DNA from: Epithemia pelagica
Taxonomy: Eukaryota; Protista; Bacillariophyta
DNA: 64,000 bases
Direction: 5' to 3'
Assembly (NCBI GenBank): GCA_946965045.2
Contig: OX337230.1
Span: forward strand, 2,108,001-2,172,000
Shown: piece by piece, positions 44,770 to 56,874 of the stretch
How positions within the stretch are numbered: the stretch's first letter is position 1
Layout: the number at the start of each line of letters is the position of its first letter
Made by a program: the position numbers and the translations under genes
The notes under the pieces: model-generated
Told to the model about the DNA's origin: nothing
Database searches by the model: none
The model's input: only the letters and a program-made list of their open reading frames with translations

Positions 44770-46709
44770 TCATGCCTCATCCGGTTCTGATTGTGTCGCT
44801 TCAACCATTCCAATCGACATGTCTTGGAGACATTCATGCTCAGGGTCTTCTTTCAAGTACACCACCGATGCAGTAGCTACCAATGACGCTACAAAACCCA
44901 CAGAGCCAAACATGAGGAGAGAACCAAACTTGCCCAGCACCGCAACCGAGAGTGTTGCCGTAACTCCAGCAAATGACGGCCCCAAACCTTTGGCAACACT
45001 AGATCCAAGTATTGACAATCCGTTCAAAGCTGCTCTGGAGTCTGTAGAAACTGTGCGGTTGATGGCAACTGAAATGTTGGCAAAAAAGACTAGGAGAAAT
45101 GTTTTGGATAGAGCCAGAACAATGCACAAATAAGCAAAGGTAAAGGGTGAAATGGCATCTTGATCATCCTTGTCGCTGGGAGAGTAGCCTCGATTGATGA
45201 GAAGCGAAACCGGAACCAAAAACACCATGGGTGCGCACAAGATCGCACCAGTTCGAATGGATCCATAGAGACCAAGTTGATTGTAGACAAAGGTCTGGAT
45301 AAAATACTGGCTGACAGCGAATATAATGCCACTCGTCGATAGAATTTGTCCAATCTTTCTCTCAGACAAACCAAATCCTAGGGATAAGAAAAATGAATGA
45401 GTGGGTAAGATAAGTATGATTCCACGCCTCTTGTTCTTTCAGGTAAACGACCATGTTTGCCTTTTGTGTTAAAAAATAGAACCAAAGGCATGTACGTACC
45501 GGCTCTGGTTGAGATGCAAAACAAAGGAAACATTTCATCGATCGCCAACGTCACAAAGGACTGACCCCAATATACCAGCAAACAAGAAAGAGTCTGACGT
45601 CGCTTCATGAGACTCCAAATAGATGTCTCTTCTTGTTGATCGTTGTCAGCGACCAACTCTTCATTTGAAACCTCGTCCAGATCGTTGGTCTGTTCTGTGA
45701 CTGAATCACCGGAGCTCTCTCCAACATCACTTTGGTGAGACTTTATAACAGGCAAGCTTCGGTATCGGTTCCTGTTATTCACCCTACAGGGAAGGGCTTT
45801 TAGATAGTTTGCTGCGTCTGAGAAAAAGAGAAGTGGATCTCGTCTTTTGGAAGGCGACAAGGTTTCCTTGATACAAAAGTGACAAAGCAGTAAAGCCACA
45901 ATGCACATGAGAGATCCCAGAAGGTTGGGCAACAAAAAAGGAAACCTTTCTAGAAGTGACGCCAGTGCCTCGTGCTCGTCCCAGAGTTTCAGATCGGGAT
46001 ACTGTTTGACCGGTTCCGCCAAAAGTCCAGACACAAAGGGAGAAATAAAGAACCCCCAGGCCCACATCCCCAGGACCAGCGACATCGTCCGCGCCTCATC
46101 TTTTTCATTGCCACGACCAAGGTCGGAGACAAGGGTTTTGTTGGTTCCTACGATGCCATTCGACATGCCAATTGAGAACCGAACCAGAAGCGCCCGAGCG
46201 AAGGATGGAGCGAGTCCAAACAACATGGAGAGGAGACAAGAGAGACCGAGTGAAGCGATCAAGGCAGTCTTCCGACCATACGTATCTGCAACTTTCCCCC
46301 AACCGTATGCAGTTACCATTCGGCCAAAATTGAAGGACGAGGCCAGTAAACCAGCATACGAACCCGCATTGTCTTGATTGGCAGATTCAATGAATTGAAT
46401 CACCATGTATCCAGAGTAGGGAAAAACGGATATCAACAAGTAAGAATGTGTCAACATTCCAAAGCAAAGTGACACAATCGAACCAAAATGCAATGATGAT
46501 GCCGTCGCATCTGACGTATTCTGCGTAGAATGCTCATTCTCAAATTCTTCATTCGGCGCGCAAGTCTGGATAGTTCCATAACCTCCCGTTCGCGAGACCA
46601 GGGAAACTTGCTCCATTTTCATCGAGTCCTCTGTCTCGCATACTTCGAGAGTCCGACATCTTACACTTCCTGCTGTCTCGGCCTTGTCCTGCTGTTCATC
46701 TTTGCTCAT
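44770..46709 (-). CDS. MFS transporter, ZIF/ZIFL-like; 2 exons (intron 45378-45499)
   Basis: SVFPYSGYM, WGKVADTYGRK and FPFLLPNLLGS. A 122-nt GTACGT...CTAG intron gives ISTRAG-FGLSERKIG. Clear paralog of 37141-39070. Confidence 0.92.
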
Positions 46710-47099
46710 CGTCTGTTGCTATGTTGGCCATTGTTCATGAACCGTGGACACCGTCTCATCTTTAATGCGACTGCGGGGGACTGACGAAGGTTTTACGCGG
46801 GACTGAATCTCTTATCGTGCGGAACACCCAATGCACAAATCGCAAAATCGCGCAGGTCGATGCTTGCTGGAAACGATTTGGAAGACGTTCTCACCAAAAT
46901 CGCGCTTTTGCGCGTCGATAGAATGGGCCCATAGACAAAAAGTAAAGGAGACGACTCCATGCAACCACCCGCGCTGTCATGAGTACCCTTGGCATGGAAA
47001 CAGACGAGACGAGCGGTGTGAATGGCGAAGATGAAGATTTCGTGGCAGTGGATATGAAGGACATTGCTGCAGGCCAGTCGTACGCTTTAAACGGAATGG

Positions 47100-48521
47100 A
47101 TGTTTCGGTCGGACACGTCGAGTACCCAATTTTATGCCCGTGGTGTAATTCCTGATCTCTTTGCTAGCCTTGAGAATAGTACCCTTCTTCAAGGCCCCCC
47201 AGGCTCAGGGAAGTCTACGGCAGTCTGGTTTTGGCTTCAACGCTTTGTTCTCAGAACGAAACAATGTGGGGTGTGGTTTCATTTCCACAAACAGCACGAA
47301 ACACTTACTTGTGTGGTGGTCGAAGCGAACGGAAATGGCAATACCGTGCGCTTGACGGAAATTTTGGAAGAAAGCCCAATCGATTACGTCGCACGAAACT
47401 ACAATGTGAAATGTTGCGTTGTTGACGGTGTACGTGTTTCGAATGAGAGAAGCGCGGCTGCGACTTGGGGGGTGTTCGGCAGATTGCCAGTGCGTTTGCT
47501 TAGAACAAAACATACGATATGGGTCTCGAGTCTACAGGTTGTTATCCCTGGAGAAGAGCTGAGCATGTCAAATACAACAGAGATTCTTTTGACATCTTGG
47601 AGACTTGACGAACTTCGTGATTTCGCCCGTACATTTTCTGATACAAAGAAGGCCGCGTTCATTGAGGACGCAAAGTCGATTTTTCCATCCCTCAACTCGT
47701 TCGATGCGACAATTAATGCCAAGTTCTGGCTCTTTGGAGGCAGTGCAACGTGGATGTTTGGGATGTCAGCGAGTCTGGCACGCAAGGACATTGATCGCTA
47801 CATAGAGAAAGTCGACAATGCTGATAAGTTGAATGCAGGGCTTCAAGGAGTTCGAGGAGATCTTGCGGTGAACCATGTTGTTGGACGGTATGACGATGGT
47901 TCGATTGAACTGATAAGTTCTTATGTGCTTGAATGTATTGCGAAGCGAGTGGGTTTGAAGGCAATTTGCGTAATGTATAACTCGCCTTGGGTTAGAAATA
48001 AACCGTCAGTGCACGACTTTGTTTTTGAATGGGACATATACGCACAAGTACAGGTAAAGCAGCAGTTGAAATTGGCTAGTCCAGATGGGCATGAGCTCAC
48101 TTGGGTGGTAGACGAGGATGTCACTTTGGAAAAGTTCTTGGCAGATGGCGTCACTTCGGCGCGCATGATGATACGACCTCCGAAATGGAATCACCCGGAA
48201 TTTGATGGTTTGTACAATGAACGTGACATTGCTGGAAACAATCACTTAGTTGCATGGAACGCGTCAGAAGCGACGACTCATAAGGCAACGGTTCACAATC
48301 TTGTAGCTCTGTTATGGGCATTGGCTAAGCGGGTCGATCGACCTATTTCATTTTCTACGGTGCGATTCATTTTCATCGTACCGAAGAAGGACTTGGCGAC
48401 ATTCAAACTCCCGAGTGACCAGAAAACACTAGAGGCCAAACAAGCGTTTTCAGTTGCGACATGGGGGTTCACGCAATTTGAAGTACTCGGTGCGACCGTC
48501 ACTCGGCTGAGCGCAATCTAA
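47100..48521 (+). CDS. Crinkler (CR)-like P-loop NTPase + restriction-endonuclease-like protein
   Basis: FYARG..L, LLQGPPGSGKS (Walker A), CCVVDG (Walker B-like), FWLFGGSATW, FVFEWD, RPPKWNHPEFDGLY, a distal His and RFIFIVP. Their order resembles Crinkler C-terminal NTPase-REase modules. Confidence 0.6.
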   Translation: MFRSDTSSTQFYARGVIPDLFASLENSTLLQGPPGSGKSTAVWFWLQRFVLRTKQCGVWFHFHKQHETLTCVVVEANGNGNTVRLTEILEESPIDYVARNYNVKCCVVDGVRVSNERSAAATWGVFGRLPVRLLRTKHTIWVSSLQVVIPGEELSMSNTTEILLTSWRLDELRDFARTFSDTKKAAFIEDAKSIFPSLNSFDATINAKFWLFGGSATWMFGMSASLARKDIDRYIEKVDNADKLNAGLQGVRGDLAVNHVVGRYDDGSIELISSYVLECIAKRVGLKAICVMYNSPWVRNKPSVHDFVFEWDIYAQVQVKQQLKLASPDGHELTWVVDEDVTLEKFLADGVTSARMMIRPPKWNHPEFDGLYNERDIAGNNHLVAWNASEATTHKATVHNLVALLWALAKRVDRPISFSTVRFIFIVPKKDLATFKLPSDQKTLEAKQAFSVATWGFTQFEVLGATVTRLSAI

Positions 48522-48823
48522 AGGACCACAGAGCTCCTAGTAAAGGCTACCGAGTAAGATCCTTGCTCGTGGTGTGATGCTCTGTACAGCGCATCTAACT
48601 TCAAAAAAGCATCGAAGATCGAAGCTACTGTAATCGTTCAGATCGTTGACAGACTTCTCGTGATCATCGCTTCCCAAGAAAAATGGCCTTGAGCAAGAAC
48701 GCACTCGGACAACATTACCTAGGAAGGTAGCTTATACATTTAAGGTTCACGAGCATTACAACTTACAACGTTAACAAACAACACGTCCTTCACGAAAACA
48801 AACAAAACAGACATAGACTCTCG

Positions 48824-51569
48824 CTACAGATCAATATAATGATCCTGTTGCTGCGCTAGCAACGCCGCGGTGGAGGTTGTTGTCTGTGCTCTTGCGAAGC
48901 CCGCCTCATCAGCAGAAGTGTCTTCTTCAGATATGATCGACAGGAGTAGGGGATCTGTTTCGTCAGTGAAGTTTTCCCCCTGTCCCCTTTGTTCTCCGGG
49001 AATTGGATTTCCGTTCATTTCGTTCTGATTGATGGCTCCAGAACTCCTCGAATCGGATGGAGGTTGTTGTTGTTGCTGCTGCTGTTGCAGAGAAGTGCTG
49101 GAACGTGCGGCAGCCACCAGATTCTTCGCGCTTCGTGTCAGTGACCCAAGACGTATTCTATGAAAGATATTTGGGTTCCGATTGTTGTTGTTCACTGCGA
49201 TGCCGTTGTTGCGACTGCTCGTCTCTGTGCTTGAAGAAGAAGTAGGAAGGACATCCGCCTCACTTGCGGGAAAGCTGTTTGCACTGCTAGTCTTCCGGCC
49301 GTGCGGGTCGTTGGAGTCACTGGCGCAGTCGTCTTCCTCGTCCCCTGCACAATAATCGGAATCTGAAATGATTTCATCCAAAAAGTCGACAGGTGGTTCA
49401 AAGCCGTACATATCGCGTACATCTTCTTCGGCCTGCCATTCCTGACGAATCTGTTGCTTCTTTTGTGGAGAAGTTTTTGTCGTTGAATTGGACGCCGTGC
49501 CGACTGTAGAGTCAGTAGCAGGGTGATGACTTTGGCGGCGGTAAACGGCAACAACCGATTGGCGCTGCAAACGTTTCTCAGCCGCTTCCTGTGATTCCAA
49601 AATGCGATCGGCTGTCATTTGCGCGGCAACAGCTGCTGCTGACTTTGCTGCAACGGGAGAGAGAAAGGTCCCACTATCGGAGTTCTTTGGACCTTCTTGC
49701 ATTTTGTGTTCACCAACATTGTCGTCCTTGTCTTGTTGAATGCTTTGGTCGTGATTTTCTTCTCCTTCATCTTCTTCCTCCTCTTCTAGATGAGGGAGCA
49801 ACTGCATGGAGGATGGCTCATCCAGGTCGTCAAACTCTTCACTCTGTGCAACACCGTATCTGGTCTTACTCAAGTCACCACTTTGCGACAATGTCATCTG
49901 AACGACGTTGTAAAGGTCGTTGCTTGCCGTTCGATTGAGGACAGACGGTCTTGGGAAACGGATTTCATTCACCAAATCGTCCACGGATTCATCGTCCGGG
50001 GGAGGTACAAACTCCCCGCTTATGTGGTCACTTCCTTCGGTGTATGCGTCCTCCTCGTCCTCGTCTGGCATGTTCTTGTCGGATCGTATCGAACTGCGTG
50101 AAGCGCGAGAACTACTCCGTCGACGTCGTTTGTAACTTCGATTGCCACTACTCAAGGGTGATGGTGTAGAAACATCTTGTCCCGAATTTTGTGGCGAAAA
50201 GGCCAAGGCGGACCGGAGAATTGACTCGGTTTCCTCTGTATTGATTCGATCCCTGGTCGTAGTACCAGTGGTGGTGCCGTAGTCTGTCGCTTCAGTTGGA
50301 AGGGTCGAGGAAGAGTTGGGAATGTTGGAGGATGAACCGGCAGTGGTGTCCAACGAGCGTGGTACCAAAGCGGCTGTTATAGAAGCTAGCAGCGGTGTCG
50401 ACGAAGACGATACGGCAGAATCAGTGCGATCCACCAATTGCGAAGAGGACTGGGGTCCGGAGGCTAGGGAGGTGTTGGAAATGTACCCACTGCTGCCACC
50501 GCCCCCACCACCACTGGTGCTGCTCCCTTGATGAGCCAACACACGACGGCGCACTGCCCCTTTCGTACTGGACTTGTTCTTGCTCTTACTGCGAATACTC
50601 TTGGTGGTATTGCTGCCATGGCTACCGGTCTGAGTCTGGTTGTAGTAGTTGCTGTTGCGAGTCGAACTCGTCACCGCAGAGTCACCGAGATTGTTGTGGT
50701 TGGTCAAACAATGATTGTTGAGAATACTGCTGCTGTACTGTGAGGTGACGGATGTTCGTCGACGTCTCCGTTCCGTCGCTTTGATGAGGAGGGAGGCATG
50801 AAGTCCACTCGGTAAGAGGAACCGTTCAAATTGTGGATCCAACACACGCCGTTTTCCCATGGCACCCGTGTGTATAATCAAACGTCCAAAGGCACTGAGA
50901 GAAACGACAACTTGAAAGAACAAGGCCGTGACCAAGAAAATGAGGGCATACATGGCAGGGCCCGACACAATTTCAATCAAAAACAAAATCAGAGACGTCA
51001 AGTAGAGGTACAAGGAGGCCACCACAAATTTGGATGGCAGACTGGTCACATATTGTCCCATACTGGAGCGCAAAAGAGCATGAGAATTGGTGTCCGAAAT
51101 GGCACTCAAGAGTCCCCATGCCGTGTAGGTGGCGACCAAACCCAAGACTGTGACGACGGCCCCGACAATTAAACAAATTCCCATCCAGTACTTGTTGGTA
51201 CCATAGTTTTGTTCGTGCAAGGCTTGCCGCATGTCGGTCGAAAATTTTGCCGAATTGATCAAATTGGACATGATAGAACCAAGCAAGAGGGAAAAGAAAA
51301 CCATGTTGGATGCAAAGCGTTTGGTATTGTATTCGCGAATGTCCTTGCCCTCGTTAGCCCCTGCAGTTGTTGTATCGGAGAAGGTCACCAAAGAGAAAGA
51401 CAAAAGGACAACTTCATGAGCATCGTAGATCTCAATCAACCGATGAGGAAATAGAACATTTTTCAAAACGTAGTAGTATCAACTCACAAGCAATATGTCG
51501 TTGCCACAAGGTGGTTTGATCCACTGTGACAAAGCATTCCAAAATTTCCATTAACCCCAGCAAGCTCAT
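48824..51569 (-). CDS. Hypothetical protein with an N-terminal multi-TM domain and a long Ser/acidic disordered tail; probable intron 51361-51487
   Basis: A 127-nt GTGAGT...CTGCAG intron joins MSLLGL...RHIA to W-ANEGKDIREY in frame. About 4 hydrophobic helices; poly-Q near the C-terminus. An upstream in-frame ATG at 51719 is also possible. Confidence 0.7.
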
Positions 51570-52395
51570 CCATGTTCCTTGATCAAAATCGTCCACACTT
51601 TCATTTTTCCGCCGTCGACGTTTCTGTTCTTTGGTTGCGGTGGCTGGAGTGGAGCTGCTGGTTTTGAGGTTCTCGTTTTGGTTCTCTCGCCTACCCCGAC
51701 TGCGATTGTTCCAGGTCATGGTGTGACAATGACAATGCCATGAACATCAAAGCAGTTCACCAATATCGAGTTCACGACGATAATTCAGGCACCTGTCTTG
51801 TTGTCTTCAATATAGTATTCGTCCAAACCAAGAGGGATCAACCTTGTCTCGTTCAGATTTATTTAGATGTCTTGTGTATTCCGCTTGCCTGTGCGTGGTT
51901 TAACCAGTGTGCATGGAACGCGTCACCCAGAAATCTTTTGGTGTGGTTTGACCGATTGCTCGCTGTTTTTGTGGTTGAACTGCGACGTCGTTGCAATCGG
52001 CGAAGCATGGATGGGCCTTGCTCCAACGAGGATGATAACGAGAATGGGCGGCGCCGGCAATCTTGTTGTAGGAGCAACGAATGGGCCAAAAATGTGGTGG
52101 CTATTGAAGTTTGCCAGTGATTTGGCGCGCTCGGATTCTCGTACCTCTACTTGTACAATACGTCTAGCATACGTCCGTCTACGAACAGTCGCCGGGGGAC
52201 CTTGTCAAAACGCGAGGCTGGCTAAAGCGTACTCGGGAAACAATTTCCTCGTCCGAGACCCACATTCCAAACCCGCACGAGCTGTCGACAAAGATACAAT
52301 ACACGACGCAGAGACACATTTCATTTTCCGTGTTTGTTCTGCATATCGGATCACAAAATTCGACAATAGCCAAAGTCGAACACTCTTAGATTCCT

Positions 52396-54366
52396 ATGAG
52401 CAACAGTTGGAACGACAGCGATCTCAACTCTCCATCCTTACTGGCAACCTGGACGACGGACTCACAGTGTTCGTATCATGGCGATTCGTTCAACTTTACT
52501 CTTGGCCTGGCACATGACAGCCATGTTCTCTTTGAGACATCCACCTTTAGTCTCCATCGAGGCACTGTGACGGGCTTGGTCGGCACGAATGGTTCAGGTA
52601 AATCCAGTCTTTCATCTGTTCTGGTATCCAAGCAGTTACCCGGATTTCCTTCCTTTTTGACTGTGACCTATGTCGGAGACGCCTCCACTGGCTCGCACCA
52701 CGACAAGCAAGAGGAGGAACGCATGATGAATATGAAACCAAAAGAATACCTTCATGATTGTATCAATCGGAGATTGGCTTCCGTCGAAAGCGAAATTGAA
52801 CGATTGGAGGGTCGATTGGAGGAAGACCCATCGGGATCGGAACAAGTTGTTGAGCGGCTGTCAGAGCTCTATGATGTTGCCGAATCTACCAAGGAGACGG
52901 CGGAACGAGAAATCCATTCCGTCTTGGTCGACGAGCTTGGTTTTGGTCCAAAGCTTCTTGATAAAACGCTAAAGCAATTGTCGAGTGGATGGTTGTATAA
53001 ATGTCGCCTGGTGGCCGCCCTCCTCAACCATTCAGATCTTGTCATTGTCGATGAACCCTCATTTCTCGACGCCAAGTCAATCTCATGGCTTGTCCAACAG
53101 CTGGAAAAAGTCGCCAAGGACGAACGCGCCATGATCGTTCTCGTCTCGCATAAGGAAGCCTTGTTGGATTAGCTTTGCAAGGAACACATTTTATATATTA
53201 ATGCCGCCAACAAGTCCCTGACACAGTACCATTTCGGTAGTGGGGGTGGTGGCGGTTACTCCGCCTTTCGAGAAATTCATGCCGCACAAGTGGAATCGTC
53301 TCGCCGAGCCGTTCAGTCTGCCGAGAAGAGGGTTGCAGGGGCGGACCAGACGCTTCAGCACGTGCAAGCGAAACTCAAACGGAACGAAAAGCATTTGAAA
53401 CAAACCACGGCTCAAAATGCAGATCAGCGCTTCATCAAGGGGAAGAGCAAAGAAAGTAAACAAAAGGGTGATAAATCGGCAACATCCAAATTGAAACATC
53501 TCAAGAAGCAGCAGGCTGATATTCAAGAGAGTTTGCAAAATCAGACCGTTACCGATAAGGTGAAACCCATTCGAATTCAAGGCAGTCGAGAGGCCACGAA
53601 TACACTAGCAGTGCTAGAGGATGTTGCTGTCAGTTACCACGACGACAGCGAATCGGACACGAAAGATTATGTCTTTGAAAATGTTGAGCTGCGTTTGGAG
53701 CCGTCGGACCGTATCTTGCTGGCTGGTGAGAATGGATGTGGAAAGAGTACATTGATCCAAGTGTTGCTAGGGGAATTGGAGCCTACCAAAGGGACTTGCC
53801 GAACGATGATTAGCAAACAAAGCTGCCTGTATTTCCCGCAGACGGCTCTTCACGATTTGGTTCGAGACCACGGATCTCAATCTGCCATGGAATTCTTTCT
53901 CCAAGCCATGACACTCAAGGATGGTGATCATACTAGTGCTATCGCGTCCTCATCGTCCTGGACCGAGACACAGATACGACAGCATTTGGGAGATTATGGA
54001 TTGTCACGTTCCACCGTTTTGCGTCCCATTCGAGCCTTGTCGGCGGGTCAACGTGTTCGACTGTGATTGGCCCACAAATCGGCCGTGTCCGCCAACAATT
54101 GGCAAAACAACAAAGCCGCATCGGGATTGTCCTTGTTAGTCTTGGACGAAATTTCGGAAAATGTGGACGTCGAAACGCGAGACAGTTTGATTCAACTCAT
54201 TAATAAGCCTCAGTCGGAAGGTGGCACACGCCATGGCCCTGAATGTAGCTGGGAAGGTGCTGTAATTGTCGTGTCTCATGATCCTGATTTTTGTCGCGAA
54301 TATCAGCCAACTCAGATATGGAATCTTGACAGACAAGGTTTACGAGTTGAATATCCCAATGTGTAA
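52396..54366 (+). pseudogene. ABC-F family ATPase (two nucleotide-binding domains, no TM domain) with in-frame TAG 53170-53172 and TGA 54064-54066
   Basis: GLVGTNGSGKS / LSSGW / VIVDEP / VSH, then LAGENGCGKST / LSAGQRVRL / LVLDE / VVSHD. All three ORF pieces are in one frame, and no intron signals flank the stops. Confidence 0.85.
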
Positions 54367-54441
54367 GAATGAAAATACCATCATGATTTTATCTATGTAG
54401 TTGACGCTTTCTGCAGTTGACGACAAAAGCAGTGAACAGTT

Positions 54442-56874
54442 TCATGCAGCTCCTCCTAGCGACGTGGAATTCTTCGTATCGTTAGTTTTATTGGCGTTTG
54501 AGAGTTTCAATAGGTCAGCCTCGGACAGCATGACTTCCCGAGTACGGAAACGATCCTTGGTATACCGCGTGTCCCAAGCATTGTCTGTTTCGGGGAACCA
54601 ATGATACAAATGGCACTCTGACGTACTAGAGTCAGGACAGCAGTGACAACAGGAGCAGTATGGAAGGAGCATGTGGCTTTCCTGGTTATTGTTGGTACAA
54701 GGACGAACCACAAAGCGATCCATTCGAGAAAATTTTTGATTGTCGCAAAATGGCTCTAGCTGAACCCTGTCGTCCCATTCATTGCCACCGTTGAGAATAA
54801 CTGTCTCTAATTGGGTTGCATTCTCCAATGACAACAACTTTCCTTTGAATGCGTTGTGGTAGAGTACAACAGTCTTAAGCTGCGGCGTACTTGGACCAAG
54901 ATTAATTGGCAGTGGGCCCGCAAGGAGATTATGGCCCATATCAAGCAATTCGAGAAGTGTCCAGTTTTTAAACATTTCCGCGGACAACATGCCAATTCGA
55001 TTGGTTTCTTGGAGCGCTAAATGCCGCAAATTGTGCAATTCTCCAAATTCCACCGGAACGGTTCCCTCGTCCCAACTGTTGAAGCTGAGATCAAGATACT
55101 CTAGTGCTTGTAGTTTTGATAACATGGTTGGCATTTCTCCACCAAGTAAATTCCTTGCAACATCAAGGTGGTAGAGAACATCCGTCAACTCCAAAATTGT
55201 AGGGGGTAACGTCCCTTTGAGTCTGTTATCACGCAAGGAAAGATAAGCCAATTTGCTCTCCGTGGGCTGTACCACAGGAAAGTCCCCACCGATTTCGTTT
55301 TTGTGAAGGTCGAGGACGGCCATGGTCGGATGGCCAATTTTGCCATTCATCATTTCACCAATCAAATTGTTTTTGCTTGCGTCCAACACCTCTAAATTGC
55401 GTAACGACTGCACCAATGGTTGATCTATTTCCCCACTGATATTGTTTTCGGAAACCAATAGTGCACGCAATTGGTTCATGTTGCGAAAGACTGCAATGTC
55501 TGCCGAAATCTTATTTCTGTTGATATTCAAGACTTGAAGCTCTGTCATCTTTTTCATGGCAGGAGGACTCAGCACATCGACGAAGGTGTTATTGGAAACA
55601 TCCAGAAAGCGCAGGTTGGTGATGCCCTCTGTCCAAGTAATCAACGACCCACTCAGCGCATTGTTTGACATTGATACATAGCGAAGATGTTCCTGGCTTC
55701 CTGTGGGAAGCACACCGTTGATTTTATTTCGATTGAAATCAAGTTCCACCAGACTTTCAAAGAGATAAATCTCATTTGGAATGCTTCCTAGAAGATTCAT
55801 GCTGGGAAGAATGATGCGCTTGACTGTAGTATCAGGTTCGTCACAATAGCTCATATCCAATGAATCCAGGTTTTGACAACCACAGTCAAGCCCTATCGGC
55901 ACGGATCGGTCTTGCACGCTATCCTGCACTTTGTCATACCATTGACAGACGGACTTGTTGGGTTGCATGAAGTTTGCTCCTTGTAGATGCCAGTCAGCTC
56001 CACCCAAGGCAAAGTACAGAACAGTTGTCGCATACCGCTCTTGGAGTAGGCTTTGATAGTCTGTTATTAAGGTGCGCGCAACAGTATCTTGCGTCACAAG
56101 CCATTGGACTGCAAGGGACTGTGGACTTTCGACAATGTCAAAATCTGTCTGCTGCGACCATCCGTTATCGACTACGAGTTTCACTAGAGTATCGACAGTG
56201 AAAAGACTTGGAGTGTCTGCTCCCACCGTAGTCTGGTCCGAACTACTACGTTCACGCCTTGCCTTTTTGACGATTTGCGCCATGGTCACCGAGATAATGA
56301 GGACTGAAACTGCGATCCAGATCAAGAGCCTGACAAACCGAACATTGCGAAACCGCTGAAAGCTCATTCCACGCATGAAAAAGTAATCTTCCATTCCTGA
56401 ATGACGGTGGCCATTGTATCCATCACCATCTTCGGTGAGATCGACATCGGTCATTCCTTGAAGATCAGACCTCTGCACATAAGGTTCCGGAGGATCTTCC
56501 TCCTCACTCACGTCCACAACAATGGCGTCCATGAGGATCGTACGAGTTGCTTGTTCCTGTCTATTTTCGTGGCGATCTCCTCGTTTGTACAAACCAGACT
56601 CCCCCATCCGCAGATCGTTTAGACCGTCCTTTTGTGGAGTGGACTGCCACATCAGGGTATCTCGTTCTCGCTTTTTTGCTCGTATAATGGTGGGACTAAG
56701 TGTGCTATTGGGGGAAACAGGGTGAGGAAAGAGCTGCTTGGAATAGTCATGGTCACTCATTGTTGATTCGTCCTTGTATTCTTCCACAAAGTGTGGCATT
56801 TGAAGGCCTCCAACATCACCTCGTCCTTTCTTGGACGAGGCAAAGTTTCCTGGATTCATGAAAACTCCATCCAT
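54442..56874 (-). CDS. Single-pass membrane LRR receptor-like protein (same family as 3082-4522)
   Basis: TM helix LLIWIAVSVLIISVTMA, ERYATTVLYFALGGADW, more than 12 plant-type LRRs (L..L.L..N.L.G.IP) and a Cys-rich cap (YCSCCHCC). Confidence 0.92.
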   Translation of the reverse strand: MDGVFMNPGNFASSKKGRGDVGGLQMPHFVEEYKDESTMSDHDYSKQLFPHPVSPNSTLSPTIIRAKKRERDTLMWQSTPQKDGLNDLRMGESGLYKRGDRHENRQEQATRTILMDAIVVDVSEEEDPPEPYVQRSDLQGMTDVDLTEDGDGYNGHRHSGMEDYFFMRGMSFQRFRNVRFVRLLIWIAVSVLIISVTMAQIVKKARRERSSSDQTTVGADTPSLFTVDTLVKLVVDNGWSQQTDFDIVESPQSLAVQWLVTQDTVARTLITDYQSLLQERYATTVLYFALGGADWHLQGANFMQPNKSVCQWYDKVQDSVQDRSVPIGLDCGCQNLDSLDMSYCDEPDTTVKRIILPSMNLLGSIPNEIYLFESLVELDFNRNKINGVLPTGSQEHLRYVSMSNNALSGSLITWTEGITNLRFLDVSNNTFVDVLSPPAMKKMTELQVLNINRNKISADIAVFRNMNQLRALLVSENNISGEIDQPLVQSLRNLEVLDASKNNLIGEMMNGKIGHPTMAVLDLHKNEIGGDFPVVQPTESKLAYLSLRDNRLKGTLPPTILELTDVLYHLDVARNLLGGEMPTMLSKLQALEYLDLSFNSWDEGTVPVEFGELHNLRHLALQETNRIGMLSAEMFKNWTLLELLDMGHNLLAGPLPINLGPSTPQLKTVVLYHNAFKGKLLSLENATQLETVILNGGNEWDDRVQLEPFCDNQKFSRMDRFVVRPCTNNNQESHMLLPYCSCCHCCPDSSTSECHLYHWFPETDNAWDTRYTKDRFRTREVMLSEADLLKLSNANKTNDTKNSTSLGGAA

